From NCBI RefSeq assembly GCF_016433145.1, contig NC_058134.1:304847151-304911150 (forward strand): DNA of 64,000 nucleotides, written 5' to 3'. The stretch's first letter is position 1; each line of letters starts with the position of its first letter. The stretch comes from Gracilinanus agilis. Taxonomy: Eukaryota. Positions 10,377-21,489 of this stretch are shown one piece after another. The notes below the pieces were generated by a model. That model had not been told where the DNA came from, made no database searches, and saw nothing but the letters and a program-made list of their open reading frames with translations. The position numbers and the translations under genes were made by a program.

Positions 10377-13204
10377 AGGAGTGATGGTGTTGGAGGGCCA
10401 AGTGCTCTGAAAACGACTCCACAAGCTAGGGCAGCTCTGTGCACCCGCATCTTCCCCCGGGCCCCCAGCCCTGCTGTTAGCTTCCTTGGCTCCCATCCAC
10501 CGGCCCCCAAGATACCCTCCCCGCCCACCCCAACTTTTGCCTCTCCAGATCTTTCCATCCTTCAAGGCCCAGCTCATCTGACTCCCTCTCGAAAGTCTCC
10601 CTTTACTAGTGTAACCTCGGTCCGTGGCCCCCTTTTCTCCGACTCCTCCAGCAGCAGCCCCCCTGAGCTGGCCCTTAGAATCCCTCTTCTTAATCCTGTT
10701 GTCTAAGTTTTTGATTTAATTTTCCGCACGGACAATCTGGGCTCGCTCTCTCCTTTCTGCTCTGCTCCTCCCCTCCCAGGGCCAGTGTGGACGGCTCCTA
10801 GCACCCAGGTGTGTTGCAGGGACTTTTATTCCATGAAGAATCTCCAAGGGGCAAACTTGGGCCTCGAGTCTCGGCCTTTGGAAGCTGTCGTTGCCAGTAA
10901 TGGCGACGCTTCAGTGGGTCGTCCATGCTGAGACCGTGATTCGGGGTCACCCACTGGCAGAGACGTTAAATAAGATTAAAGTCCGGGGCCTCCAGGGGCG
11001 GCACTCTTCAGCCCAACACTACCATCTGGTGGCCAGACCTCTCCCCACTGGGCCCCACCAAGACGGAGGCTTGGTAGTGGGCAGCCCCAGCCCCTTGGGG
11101 CCCTCCCCAAAACCCGATTGCCACAGAAATGGTTCTTTTGCCCTCAGTATGCCAAGAAGCACCCCCTGCTTGCTCCTGCCCAACCAGCCCTCAGAGAGCT
11201 TCTAGTCTAACCCGGGCCTGACTAGGATTGGCCCTTGCATCACCTTGGAGTGATGGAGAACTCACTCCTAGATCTGAGTGACCATTCAAGCGGATGTCTC
11301 TGAATCTGAGTGGGTGAATTATGGGGGGGAGGGGGTGTCCTTGGTGGGTGGGTGTGCATGACATCTCTATCTGGGCAGGCTTGCTCCTTCCCTGCCACAT
11401 TCACCGAGTGGCTGAGTGGGGCCAAGCCTCCCTCTTCTTGGGTCCCAGCGCCGCCCCCAGTGGCACAGAGCAGGCAATAAATGCCCGTGTCCACTTGAGG
11501 GGGGCATCTAGTATGGAGAGAGCCCTCTCTGAACAGAAAATGAGTCAGATGCCCCATTTGCTACCTCCATCAGCAGCCTGGGTCAGGGACCTGCAGGCCC
11601 GGGAAGGAAGCGTCCCAAAGGCCAGGGCTTGCCTCCCTCCGCCTCTGGCGTGTGTCCCCCAAACAAGGAAGCGTGAGAGGAGCAAGGGGGGAGGCACCAA
11701 GGGGAGGGCTGGCCGCCCCATGGAACGGTTGGAGGTCTGAGGCCCAGGATGGAAACCATCGGCCTGCCATCAAGAGAAGAAACGAAAAGCCCAACACTGG
11801 CGCTTCCTGCCGGCCAGACTCTCCCTCTAGTGTCCGAACCCCCAAAATCCCCGGCACCGGCCGGTCCTGAAGAGCAGGCCCCGGGCAGACACACACGGGG
11901 TGCGGGCTGGAAAGAGCCGCTCGTCTTTTTAAGGAATGCTTTTTGTTTCAACCTTGAGCTCCTGTCTTGGGATCGATGCGAAGCCCTTCTTCCAAGGCAG
12001 AAGGGCCGTGAGGGCTAGGCCAGGGGGTTGGGGGGGCCTGTCCAGATTGGAACCCAGGACCTCCCTAACGCTGAACCTTTAGGAAAATCGGCGCTGTGGC
12101 GACATCGGGAATGGCTAAGCGACACGATTCCTTCCCCCGTGCAAGCGAACAGCTTCTGGCACTTAAGAGGTTTCTAGAATCCAGAGAAATCCGTCTCCCC
12201 CGCGTGCCGCAGCCAGGAGGGGTCGGCCTGGACGCACTCGGCTCTGGGGAAGGACAAAAGCTTAGAGGGCACTGGAAGGCCTCACAGTGATACTGGTCTA
12301 ACCCTAACTGCGAGCAGATGGTTTCATTCTTTGTACCCGCAGCCCAGTGCCCAGCCCGGTGCCCGGCAGGCCCCAGAGCTGCACGGACGGAAGGGCAACG
12401 TGGGCCTTGGGAGGAGGGTCTCGTAGTGGCCACAAGCCCAAGCACTCCCTTCTGAGAGAGCTTCAGAAACTCGGGTTTCTGGCCACTTGCCATGGCGTTC
12501 AGGGCTCACTTGACCCAGGGGGAACCATCGAGAAGCTTACAGGGGCCCTGCGGGGATCGGGAGGGGAGCCCCGAGCACCTGCAGAAGGGGTACAAGCGCG
12601 TGAGGCGCTGCTCGTCTCCGGGGCTATGCAGAAGTGGCTTAGGAAGTGCTTGATGACTCCAAGGCTCAAGATGGATTCTGTAAAAAGGAAGCCCCCCAAC
12701 AGGAGCGCTCGTGGCCTCGGGGGGGAGCGGCTTGAGACCCCGGGCCCGGCCCTCTGAGGCAAGATTTGGGGAGGAGAGAATTTCTCATCTTTTTACGGAA
12801 CGGTTTGTTTTTTTTTCCTTCTGCTTTACAATCGCTACCAAGTACTGGTTCCGAGTGACTCCTTGGACAAAAACCAGGGGGTAGACAAAATGACGGCTGC
12901 AGGGGTCTGTGGCTGGCGCAAAATTAAGACCGTCTCACGTCCCACCCTGCACCCCCTGCCCTTCCAAATCAGTGGGTGGCCACACAGACGAGGCCTTGAC
13001 CTTAGGGAAAGATCGGGCTGCCTGCATGGGCACTGCCCGGGAGCTAGAGATCTTCGTGCCCGCCTTACTGGGCGTTAGGTCCCCCTCGACCCCGAGGTTC
13101 TCATTTGGCACATCCCCCTCCTCCATGGCCCCTTGGCCACCACCTCAGTTCAGATCCTCATCACAGCCCAAGAGCTTAACGGCAGCTACTGGCAACTAGG
13201 TGTT

Positions 13205-13400
13205 GCTGAGGCCGGAGCAGCAGGCTTGTAGTCAGGGAGACCCAAGATCCAATCAGCCGCTTCCTAGCTGTGTGACCCTGGGTGAGTCATTTCACCTGGC
13301 TGCCTCAGTTTCCTGAGCTGTAAAGTGAGGCTAACAACAGCACCTATCTCCTAAGGTTTCTATGAAACGCTTGGCATAGTGTCGGGCACATAGTAGTCAA
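13205..13400 (+). mobile_element. MIR-type CORE-SINE
   Basis: gctgtgtgaccctgggtgagtcatttcacc...gcctcagtttcctgagctgtaaagtgagg core. Confidence 0.75.
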
Positions 13401-13882
13401 TGAGTCTTCCTCCCCGCCTTCCCCAAGTCTTTCCACTCTCCCATAATATTCCCTCCACACCAAGACCAAAGTAATATTCTGAAGATGCAGCTTTCACTAG
13501 GTCACTCTCCCACTCCAAAGACTGGCACCAAGAGCTCTCTGGGTTGGCTCTAAGCCACTCTCCAACGCACGCACGGTGCCTCGTCTGTTCCTTCCTGAAG
13601 GGCACCCCCGTGTGGAGACGCTCTCTGTGGCCTCAGATTGTCTGACCCTATTGCGGCCCCCTCTGCCCCCCAGGGCCTGGCACAGAGAAGGTGCCAGCTC
13701 GGCGCTGGCCCTGAAGGATGAAGGAAACCCTCGATCACTCTTGGGTGGCTCCCGTGCCAGCACAGCCCGCATCGCAGCTTCCTCACCACAGTCCAGTGAG
13801 AGAATGGTCGGTGGCCCCACACAGCATCTGCTCAAGAGGCAAAACTGCCAAAGGGAAGACACAGGTGAGTAAAGAATTGGTT

Positions 13883-13888
13883 TTTATT
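13883..13888 (-). terminator. Candidate distal polyadenylation signal AATAAA (a third lies at 14282-14287)
   Basis: AATAAA, a CA about 16 nt downstream, then a GU/U-rich tract (cctgtgtcttccctttggcagttttg): the classical layout. Confidence 0.5.
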
Positions 13889-14352
13889 TTCAAAGCTTCT
13901 AAGGGGGTATTACAAACAATGGAGAATTTAAAAAAGAAACATCAAAAGCTATTTTTAAAGTAACTGAATGACCCTTTAAAATGAAAATCTGAGATTAAAC
14001 AATGTTGAATGCTAACCGACTGGATCTTCTGAAGATGAAAGCTAGTCGCTACCCTGGGATCGGCGGCCGCCGAGGCTCTCCGCAGGCGTGTGTTGGCGGA
14101 GCGCGGCGGGGGTGGCAGGGTGCCCCCGCCTGTGCGTGGCACGGGCCTTTGAGGCTATCGGCAGGGAAGGCACGATCCACCACGGGGCCGTTCTCCCACC
14201 GCACTCCTGATGTCCTCCTTCCTTCCCTCAGCATCTCAGTGAACGTAAGAATAAAGTGGCCACAACAATCCAAATCCTGACTTTATTTTTTAATATAAAA
14301 AATGCAGTTCTGGAAACCCCCCCCTCCTCTTTCCCTAACATAATGCTTTACC

Positions 14353-14508
14353 NNNNNNNNNNNNNNNNNNNNNNNNNNNNNNNNNNNNNNNNNNNNNNNN
14401 NNNNNNNNNNNNNNNNNNNNNNNNNNNNNNNNNNNNNNNNNNNNNNNNNNNNNNNNNNNNNNNNNNNNNNNNNNNNNNNNNNNNNNNNNNNNNNNNNNNN
14501 NNNNNNNN
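14353..14508. other. N gap (156 nt)
   Basis: Direct read. Confidence 1.
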
Positions 14509-14613
14509 ATTACACACAAGCCACCGGGTCCTTTTAGACAACAATTGTGATACATGTTTCTCCCATAGCAAGTTGAACGCTCATGTGCCTGTATAAAAAT
14601 GCCTTTTTTCAAA

Positions 14614-14619
14614 TTTATT
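14614..14619 (-). terminator. Candidate proximal polyadenylation signal AATAAA
   Basis: Plus-strand TTTATT in an AU-rich context about 0.9 kb after the stop. Confidence 0.5.
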
Positions 14620-15522
14620 TTTCATTATAAAGCAAATTAATACTTTCTACAATAAATAAATCACAGGGAGGCACGTCTAGGGAAAAAAAATGAAGATGGA
14701 TGGGAGGAGACTCTGAAGGGAGCTAGCTGAGAAAAAGATCGGGGGGGAAAGGACGGGCTTGGAGCCACGTCCAACACAAGAGTAGAAAAGAACGGGAGGC
14801 TCCCGCGAGCCACAGTGGGCAGCAATGGAGTGTTTTTGGTGATTTGCAAGTGATGTACATAGCATAAACTGACTCTCCACCTCTTTCCACAGAGTATCCT
14901 TCAAAATAAGGTCATTTTCTTAAAATACACTTTTTGTCATTGTAAATTTACATCAGTCTTATTAAATAAGCGGTACTCTGTGCAAAGAGGATGATTTACA
15001 AAAATTATTAAAACATTCAAAAGTCTTTAAAAAAAAGCCACAGACCCAGGAAAGTAAGAGAAGCAGCACCATATTGGAGACCAGAGGGTTGAAGCCGACA
15101 GACGCCTACGCCTGGGATGTCACCGGGATCTCGGGTTTGGCAGGGCTGGAAAGTGGTGCTCGGGTACCCAGTTTCAGGTAGAAAACATGGAAGTAAAACC
15201 ACCCCACCCCACCCCTAGCTGGGGACAAAGAAAGAATGAAGGAACTCCTACTAAAAACCAGAATAAGTTAAGTTCTGAACAATATACACCTATGTACAGC
15301 GGTTTAGGGACACTATGGACAAGACACTCGGAGCAGGGTTGTGAAGGCTCCTCCCGGCAGCAACGCAATGATACAATCATTAATCAGCAGGGCAGTGGCG
15401 AGCAGCGCGCTGCGGGCCACCGGATCCATCAATGATTACGGGCTAGATCTTCGATACATTCCTTTGGAAGAAGAGAGTCCAAGCCCCTGAGGCCTGCTCG
15501 GGGTCGCGGCTGGGCCGGGCGC

Positions 15523-15706
15523 CTAGTCAATGTCGCTGAAGTCACTGACCGGATCGCCGTGGACGCGGCTCAGGTGGTTGGTGGCTCGATCGAAGGCGAT
15601 CCTCACAGCTTTGCGGATGCTCGAGTTCCGGCCTTCCATCATTTTCAACTTGTCTATTGTCTCGTCGATTCCAAGGGGCACCATTTTGGACTTCGGAAGC
15701 CACTGC
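15523..15706 (-). CDS. BRD1: BRD1 terminal coding exon (PWWP end and stop codon)
   Basis: tttaaag|G CAG TGG...GAC TAG; 184 nt; QWLPKSKMVPLGIDETIDKLKMMEGRNSSIRKAVRIAFDRATNHLSRVHGDPVSDFSDID*. Confidence 0.98.
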
Positions 15707-16182
15707 CTTTAAAAAGAAGGGGACGGAGAGGACTCAGGCTCGGCTCTCGGGCCACTTCCCTGGCAAGGGCCCCGGCCGGCCCTCTGCGCTCCTACTCCCG
15801 CCTCCAGTGACACTGTGCTGGCTGTACTGACAATCCTGATTCCCCGCCCCAACAAATGCCCTTCTTTAAAGCAATACCACCCCAAAGCCTCCATCCCGAC
15901 ACACTTCTGGCTAGGCCAGGCCAGCCGTCTATTTGGAAAGGACGGTCTCTTTTTCATCAAATGGAAAAAAAAGGGTGAGGGTCTGGCAAGCCTGCACCAT
16001 GGCAGCTCCAGACTCCGGTCTCGGACACCTCCGGGCAAGTCCGTTAACTACAAGTGTCCAGCCCTTCCCTCTCCTCTGCCTCGGGGCCAACACTTAGTAG
16101 TGGGTGTGAGACGGGAGGTGAAGGTTGGGGGGAAAGAGCTCCCTGCCGTCACACGGCACCTTCCCCAGCGTACGTAACTCAC

Positions 16183-16337
16183 CAGCTCCTTTTATTGTCA
16201 AAAAATAAGACTAGGAAGAGCTTCTCATCGGCCTTGGTCTGCATCTGCTCTCCGACCTTGAGCACGTCCAGCGGAGGGGCCGGAATGGTGACGCCATTGT
16301 GATGGCCGGCCACGCGAGGCATCTGGGGGTCAATGAT
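16183..16337 (-). CDS. BRD1: BRD1 coding exon (approx. exon 11; PWWP domain)
   Basis: ttccag|ATC...AGC TG|gtgagt; 155 nt, phase 0/2; [51 protein letters not shown]. Confidence 0.97.
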
Positions 16338-17021
16338 CTGGAAAGGGGAGAGGAGGACGGGGCAGTGAGAAGGGGCAGAGCCAGCACCAAGTCCCTGCCA
16401 GGGGTGCCATCTTGCTCCCCTCCCCTCCTCTTGAGACGGGTGGGAACTGGAGGGGTGAGGCTGGTGGAGAGCAAAAGGGAGAGAAAGAGGCAGTCCGGAG
16501 AGTGGGGGAGAGACAGAGCGAAGCGCAACACCTCACGTCGAGAGCTCGAACGAGGGGCGGGGGGGGGGGGGGCCTCCTGCACCCCGAGCCTGGCCGCCGC
16601 CACCTGCCGTCGAGACCAGCTGCCCCACCTCTGCCCATTCTGCTGCAGACCCCTGCAGAGAGGCCCTCCTCGTCTGGTGCCCAGAGCCTGCGGCAGCTGA
16701 CCAGTGAGCCAGCCCAGCTTGGAGCCCACGAGCCTCACTGGGCGCTCAGGTCCCAAGAGCGGCTGCTTCCTCTCACAGTACCAGCATCCAGTCCCGTCTG
16801 CCCGGCTTCTTACAGCCGCTCAAGCCTCCCCCCAGGACCCTGCCCCCTCCCAGGGTCCGATGCTGGCTCAGGAGGCCTCTCCTGCCTGGGCCACCCCTCC
16901 TCCTCCTGGGGCACGCACTGTCTCCACAAGTGGGGCTGCCCTTTTCCTTCCCACCTTCAGCACTTATGAACAGGAGCCCCCGGCGTGCTTTGCCCCGGTC
17001 CTCCCAGGGGCCTGTACTCAC

Positions 17022-17131
17022 CAGGGCAGGGTAGGAGGGGTAGCCGCTGCACTTGGCCCAAACCACTTTCAGAGGCTCCAGGACAGAGGCTGCCGCGTCG
17101 GTCGAAATCCACATGCTGTTCTGGCCAACTT
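17022..17131 (-). CDS. BRD1: BRD1 coding exon (approx. exon 10; PWWP domain start)
   Basis: ctcag|AA GTT...CTG|gtgagt; 110 nt, phase 1/0; VGQNSMWISTDAAASVLEPLKVVWAKCSGYPSYPAL. Confidence 0.97.
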
Positions 17132-17833
17132 CTGAGTGGGGAGAAGAAAAATGACCAAAAGGTCAGAGAAACAGAGAAATGGGTGAGTCGCTCCTAATTG
17201 CCGTATCTGTGGAGGCCCCACCCCCACCCCGAGTCAAAAGCCACCTTCTTCTCCCCGGGCGGCCTCTGGCTGGCCACTCGAGCTAACTCTGCAGCAGTGG
17301 GGACAGGAGGCAAGAAGAGCAAAGACCTCAAGCAGCTGCAGCCATTCCCCTCCCAGTGTGGGCTGCAAGAGCCCCAAAAGGGGAGCAGACACAAAGGCCC
17401 ACCGGACAGCTGACACAAGGCCCAGCACGCTCCCACACCACCCGAGTCTCCCCTAAATCTTCTCTGGTGCCTGGCTGGGCTGACTAAAGAAAGGAGGGAC
17501 ACAGCCAAGCAGGGAAGAGATAAAGGGGGGCTGGCAGCCTGAGAGGGTGCCACAGCACCCGGCGCTAAGCTACGGAGGACACAAGGCCAAAGCCGGTCCG
17601 TCTTCACCCTTGAGGAGCAGCTCATAGCCTAAGGGGGAAGAAAACCAGCACACCCAACAAGCTGCAGTGGGATAGCCGGGGGATCCCTTCGTTAGCCCAA
17701 GCCCTGTGGGAGGTCGGGGAGTGTCAGGAGGCTTGGCACCATGGGCCCATGGCAAGGACTTCACCAGGCTCTCTCACAGGGTTCTCCTGGATCACAGTGT
17801 CTCACCTGGAATATTTATGGTCAGATCACTAAT

Positions 17834-18013
17834 TTGGTGGATTGAGAGTGGGAAATCCTGGGTTCAAATCTGGCCTCAGGCACGTCTTAGCTGGGTGATC
17901 TTGGGCAAATCACTTAAGCCCCTTGGCCTGTCCTTACCCCACTCTTTTGCCTTAGAACCAATACACAGCATTGATTCTAAGATGGAAGGGAAAGATATTA
18001 AAAAAAAAAAAAA
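17834..18013 (+). mobile_element. Didelphid SINE (SINE1_Mdo-like), 5'-degenerate
   Basis: gtggattgagag...ggttcaaatctggcctcag...ccttagaaccaatacacagcattgattctaag and A15 tail. Confidence 0.88.
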
Positions 18014-18217
18014 GGTACTTCATTGAAGGTAGCTTTTTGCTATATCTTTCCTGAAGAATTTTGATGTAGGAATGATGAAGCCATGTTGGAAAAGAGCCTT
18101 CAGGCGGGGCTTTACTCCCCTTATAATACCTAACAATAAACCCAGAGGCTGCTGTACAATATTCCTTGCGAGACCCACCTGGTCCCCCAGTCCTCTCAAC
18201 AAAAATGCTCCCCACAT

Positions 18218-18430
18218 AGAAGGCAGCTGAGTGGCTCAGTGAATTGAGAGTCAGGCCCACAGACAAAGAGGTCCTGGGTTCAAATCTGACCTCACACCTT
18301 TCCTAGCTGTGTGATCCTGGACAAGCCATTTAACCATCATTGCCTAGCCCTTACCAATCTTCTACCTTAGAACTAACACACAGTACTGATTCTAAGACAG
18401 ACGGTGAGGGTTTCAAAACAATTTTTTTTT
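18218..18430 (+). mobile_element. Didelphid SINE (SINE1_Mdo-like)
   Basis: ggcagctgagtggctcagtgaattgagag head and typical tail; its right target duplicate later received an L1. Confidence 0.88.
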
Positions 18431-18444
18431 AAAGAATGTCCCCT

Positions 18445-18975
18445 GTATGGTGGCAAAAAATTGGAAACTAAAGGGATGTCCCTCAACTGGGGAAAGGCTG
18501 AACACATTGAAGTGTATATATAATGTTGATGGAATACTACTATTGTGCTGTAATGAATGATGAACAGAAGGATTTCAGAAAGAAGAGCTGGAAAGACTTG
18601 TGTGAACTGATGCAGAGTGAAATAAGCAGAAGCAGGAAAACATTATACACAGTGACAACAATATTGTGGAATGATCAAATATGACAGACTTTGCTACCAA
18701 CAACAATACAGTGGAGGAAGGAGAAAGAAGGGAGACAATTTAGATCATATATATGTAGGCACTTAATAAGTGCTTCCTCAAGAGAGAAGCAGACCCCGAA
18801 AGCCTGGCTGAGTGACTCTCCTAGGAAAGATGCAATATTTAAGAGGAGGATGTGTAAGAACTCTATAAAGAAAAAAAAGACTTCTAAGCAAAAAAAAAAA
18901 ATGTAGATCATATAAATTCAGATAATTTATGTGGAAACTTGTTATTAAAATAAATTAGTTCAATTAAAAAAAAAA
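18445..18975 (+). mobile_element. Internally deleted L1 fragment with a nested insert
   Basis: L1 ORF2 C-terminal text 18445-18715 plus L1 3' end; perfect 14-bp TSD aaagaatgtcccct (18431-18444 / 18976-18989). Confidence 0.85.
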
Positions 18976-20859
18976 AAAGAATGTCCCCTACATGTTCTAT
19001 ATGTTGGAGAGATTTAAGGTAGCGAGATTTCAGCTAAGGAGGCAGATTGGCAATTGTTCTTCTACCTTCTTCAGATACCCAGGGCAGTCTCAGATGCCTA
19101 GGCCATCTCTAGGTGTGGATTCCAGCAGGGACACCAGGTCCTGGCCAGCAGCTGCCCCCTCTTCTTCATGCCATTCCTAGGTCCTCTTGAGGCACCTATA
19201 AGACCATATGAGCACCCCATGTGGCCACCATCTTGCCCAATGAGGGTAACTATTGGTGATTTTCCTGAGACATCATTGGGGACTCTGCTTTGTTGCTCCT
19301 CTTGCCGCACCTTCTTTCCTCTGTGTCATGGGTAATAATGCCCCAGTTGTCCTTGTTCTTCTCTCAGGCCTGTCATCTCTCTGGGCTTGACCCGCAGGGG
19401 TCCCAGAAATATGTGCCATTAAAAGCTTTCCCCTTTCTGCAGTGGCAGGTGACGGACACTTGCTAAGCTTGTAAATGAAATTCTCCTTATGTATTTGGTA
19501 CGCGATCTGCTGTTTCATTAACAGCTCGTTCAATATGCCCAGACTGAGCTGTTCTAACTGCAGGCTTCTCTCTTTTCATTTTGACTCTACTTTCGATCTC
19601 ATTTTACTTTCTGCTCTAAGAAGCCATGCTTTGACAGCAGGAATGACTCCCACGTCAATCGACAGCGCCCAGTGTCGCTGGAGGAACATCGGTTTCCATT
19701 GAAGTAAACAGCCTCCCATTGAGAGCATCCGGCTCTCTCTTCTATCCAGGCAGCAGGGGCATGAAGGCCCTCACTCTCCCTGACTCGGGGTCTTGAGTGG
19801 ACATTCTCTCTACTGCAGGAGCCTCTGTCTACACGTATTATTGGGAACATGGCAGCAGCAGATCGCCAAGCAGGCCCGAAGGTGATCTCTCTTGACAGCT
19901 CCCCTGACTGCTTCACTTTTCCTTACCTGAACAGAAGCAATCACTGCTTCCCTTTAACTCAGCTGGTTGTTAACTTCAGATTTCCCTTAAAGCAAAATGG
20001 TCCGGACAGGTAGGACTCGGCTGACAGGCCCTTTCGCTGCTCTCTAGATATCACTGAGAGCCTCAGCAGCCCAGAGGAGAACACTGGGTGGTTCTGTGCA
20101 GCCCTTCAGCCACCCTTCTCCTAACATCGCCTCAAAGTCCAGCCAGGACCAAAGGCCAACCTTCAACAGTCTTCGTGTCCACCTACAGTCTGTCCTCCCC
20201 AAGTAGCCTCTTCCCCACTATTTTTCAAAGCCCATCCCAAATCCCACTTTCTCCATGAACCCTTCCCTAATCACATCACGAGTCTGAATTGTTCATGTGG
20301 CATGATGAAGTGTGACTGCTTCTTCTCTATAACAAGAAAGTCATCACTCCCACCTCATCACTGTTGACAAGCATGTACTGAGCACCTACTCTGGGCCAGC
20401 CATTGCACTAAGTTCTAGGCACAAAAGAAGGCAAAGCATGCCCCCTCTCACCCTCGAAGAGCTGACAGTCTGTCACACACCAACAATGATGTGCATCAAG
20501 TAAGAGCAGGGAATGTCAGGTGAGAGACATCAGAAAGGCTTCCTGCGGGATACGGCAGGATCTGAGTCAAGTCAGGGAAATTATCAGGGAAAGGCCCAGA
20601 GAAGTAAGAGGGGAGTCTGAGCAGCAGTAGGAATGCCCCCATTCGTGAATGAGTCACTGACTACATAGAGGGGCTTTCAAGCTAGACACAGTGTGGTTCA
20701 CAGCTGATCCTGGAGGGAAGGGAGACACAGAATTCCCCAAGTAGAGTCAGAGCAACATCTGAGGGGATCACTTTGTTAATGCGTGCAAGAGCAACTGAGC
20801 CAAAGGGACAAACCAGAAGCAACTGTGAGAGCCCAAGCAGGAGGTCATGAGAGAGAAGT

Positions 20860-21334
20860 CGAGGATGCCAAAGAGACTGTGGGCCTGGCAGAATGATAGC
20901 GACTGTCAGTAATAAGAAAGTTTGGAAGACAAGAGTTCAATTTTGGACATTGTGAGATTCTTGATTTGAAATGTGGAGGCCAAGTAAGAGATAAACAGAT
21001 CTGAGAACCATCTGCACAGAGATAACAACCAAACGTTATTGGACCTGATGAGGTCAACAAGCCCGATAGCACAGAGGAAGAGAGGAGGACCTGGGAATCT
21101 AGGAGTCACCTTTGGCAGGAACAGGTTGGCTTAAGATTGAGCAAAGGGCAGTCGTGCACGGAAAAGAAGAACCAGAAGAAAGCAGAGATGGGAAAACCTT
21201 AAGACCAAGGAAAAGAGGGAGCTCAACAGGGTCCAGGAGGCTGAGAATTGAGAAAAGGTCACTGAACCTGGTCCATCATAATAAACCTTTGATAATTCAG
21301 GAAAGCAGTTTCAACTGAATGAGACAGTGCTAGT
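20860..21334 (-). mobile_element. Ancient L2 LINE fragment
   Basis: gagttcaattttggacattgtgag...ctgagaattgagaaaaggtcactg...gaaagcagtttca is the reverse complement of L2 ORF2. Confidence 0.65.
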
Positions 21335-21489
21335 NNNNNNNNNNNNNNNNNNNNNNNNNNNNNNNNNNNNNNNNNNNNNNNNNNNNNNNNNNNNNNNNNN
21401 NNNNNNNNNNNNNNNNNNNNNNNNNNNNNNNNNNNNNNNNNNNNNNNNNNNNNNNNNNNNNNNNNNNNNNNNNNNNNNNNNNNNNNNNN
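21335..21489. other. N gap (155 nt)
   Basis: Direct read. Confidence 1.

Larger units (their letters stand above)
13865..15522 (-). other. BRD1: BRD1 3' UTR (longest predicted form)
   Basis: Follows the TAG stop; no recognisable TEs; AU-rich blocks; ends at candidate polyA signals; the distal extent is inferred. Confidence 0.6.

Noticed and set aside
11500-17700. Many overlapping 100-185 aa ORFs on both strands
   Set aside because: Expected in GC-rich DNA; low-complexity Pro/Gly/Arg/Ala translations; some are antisense shadows of BRD1 exons.
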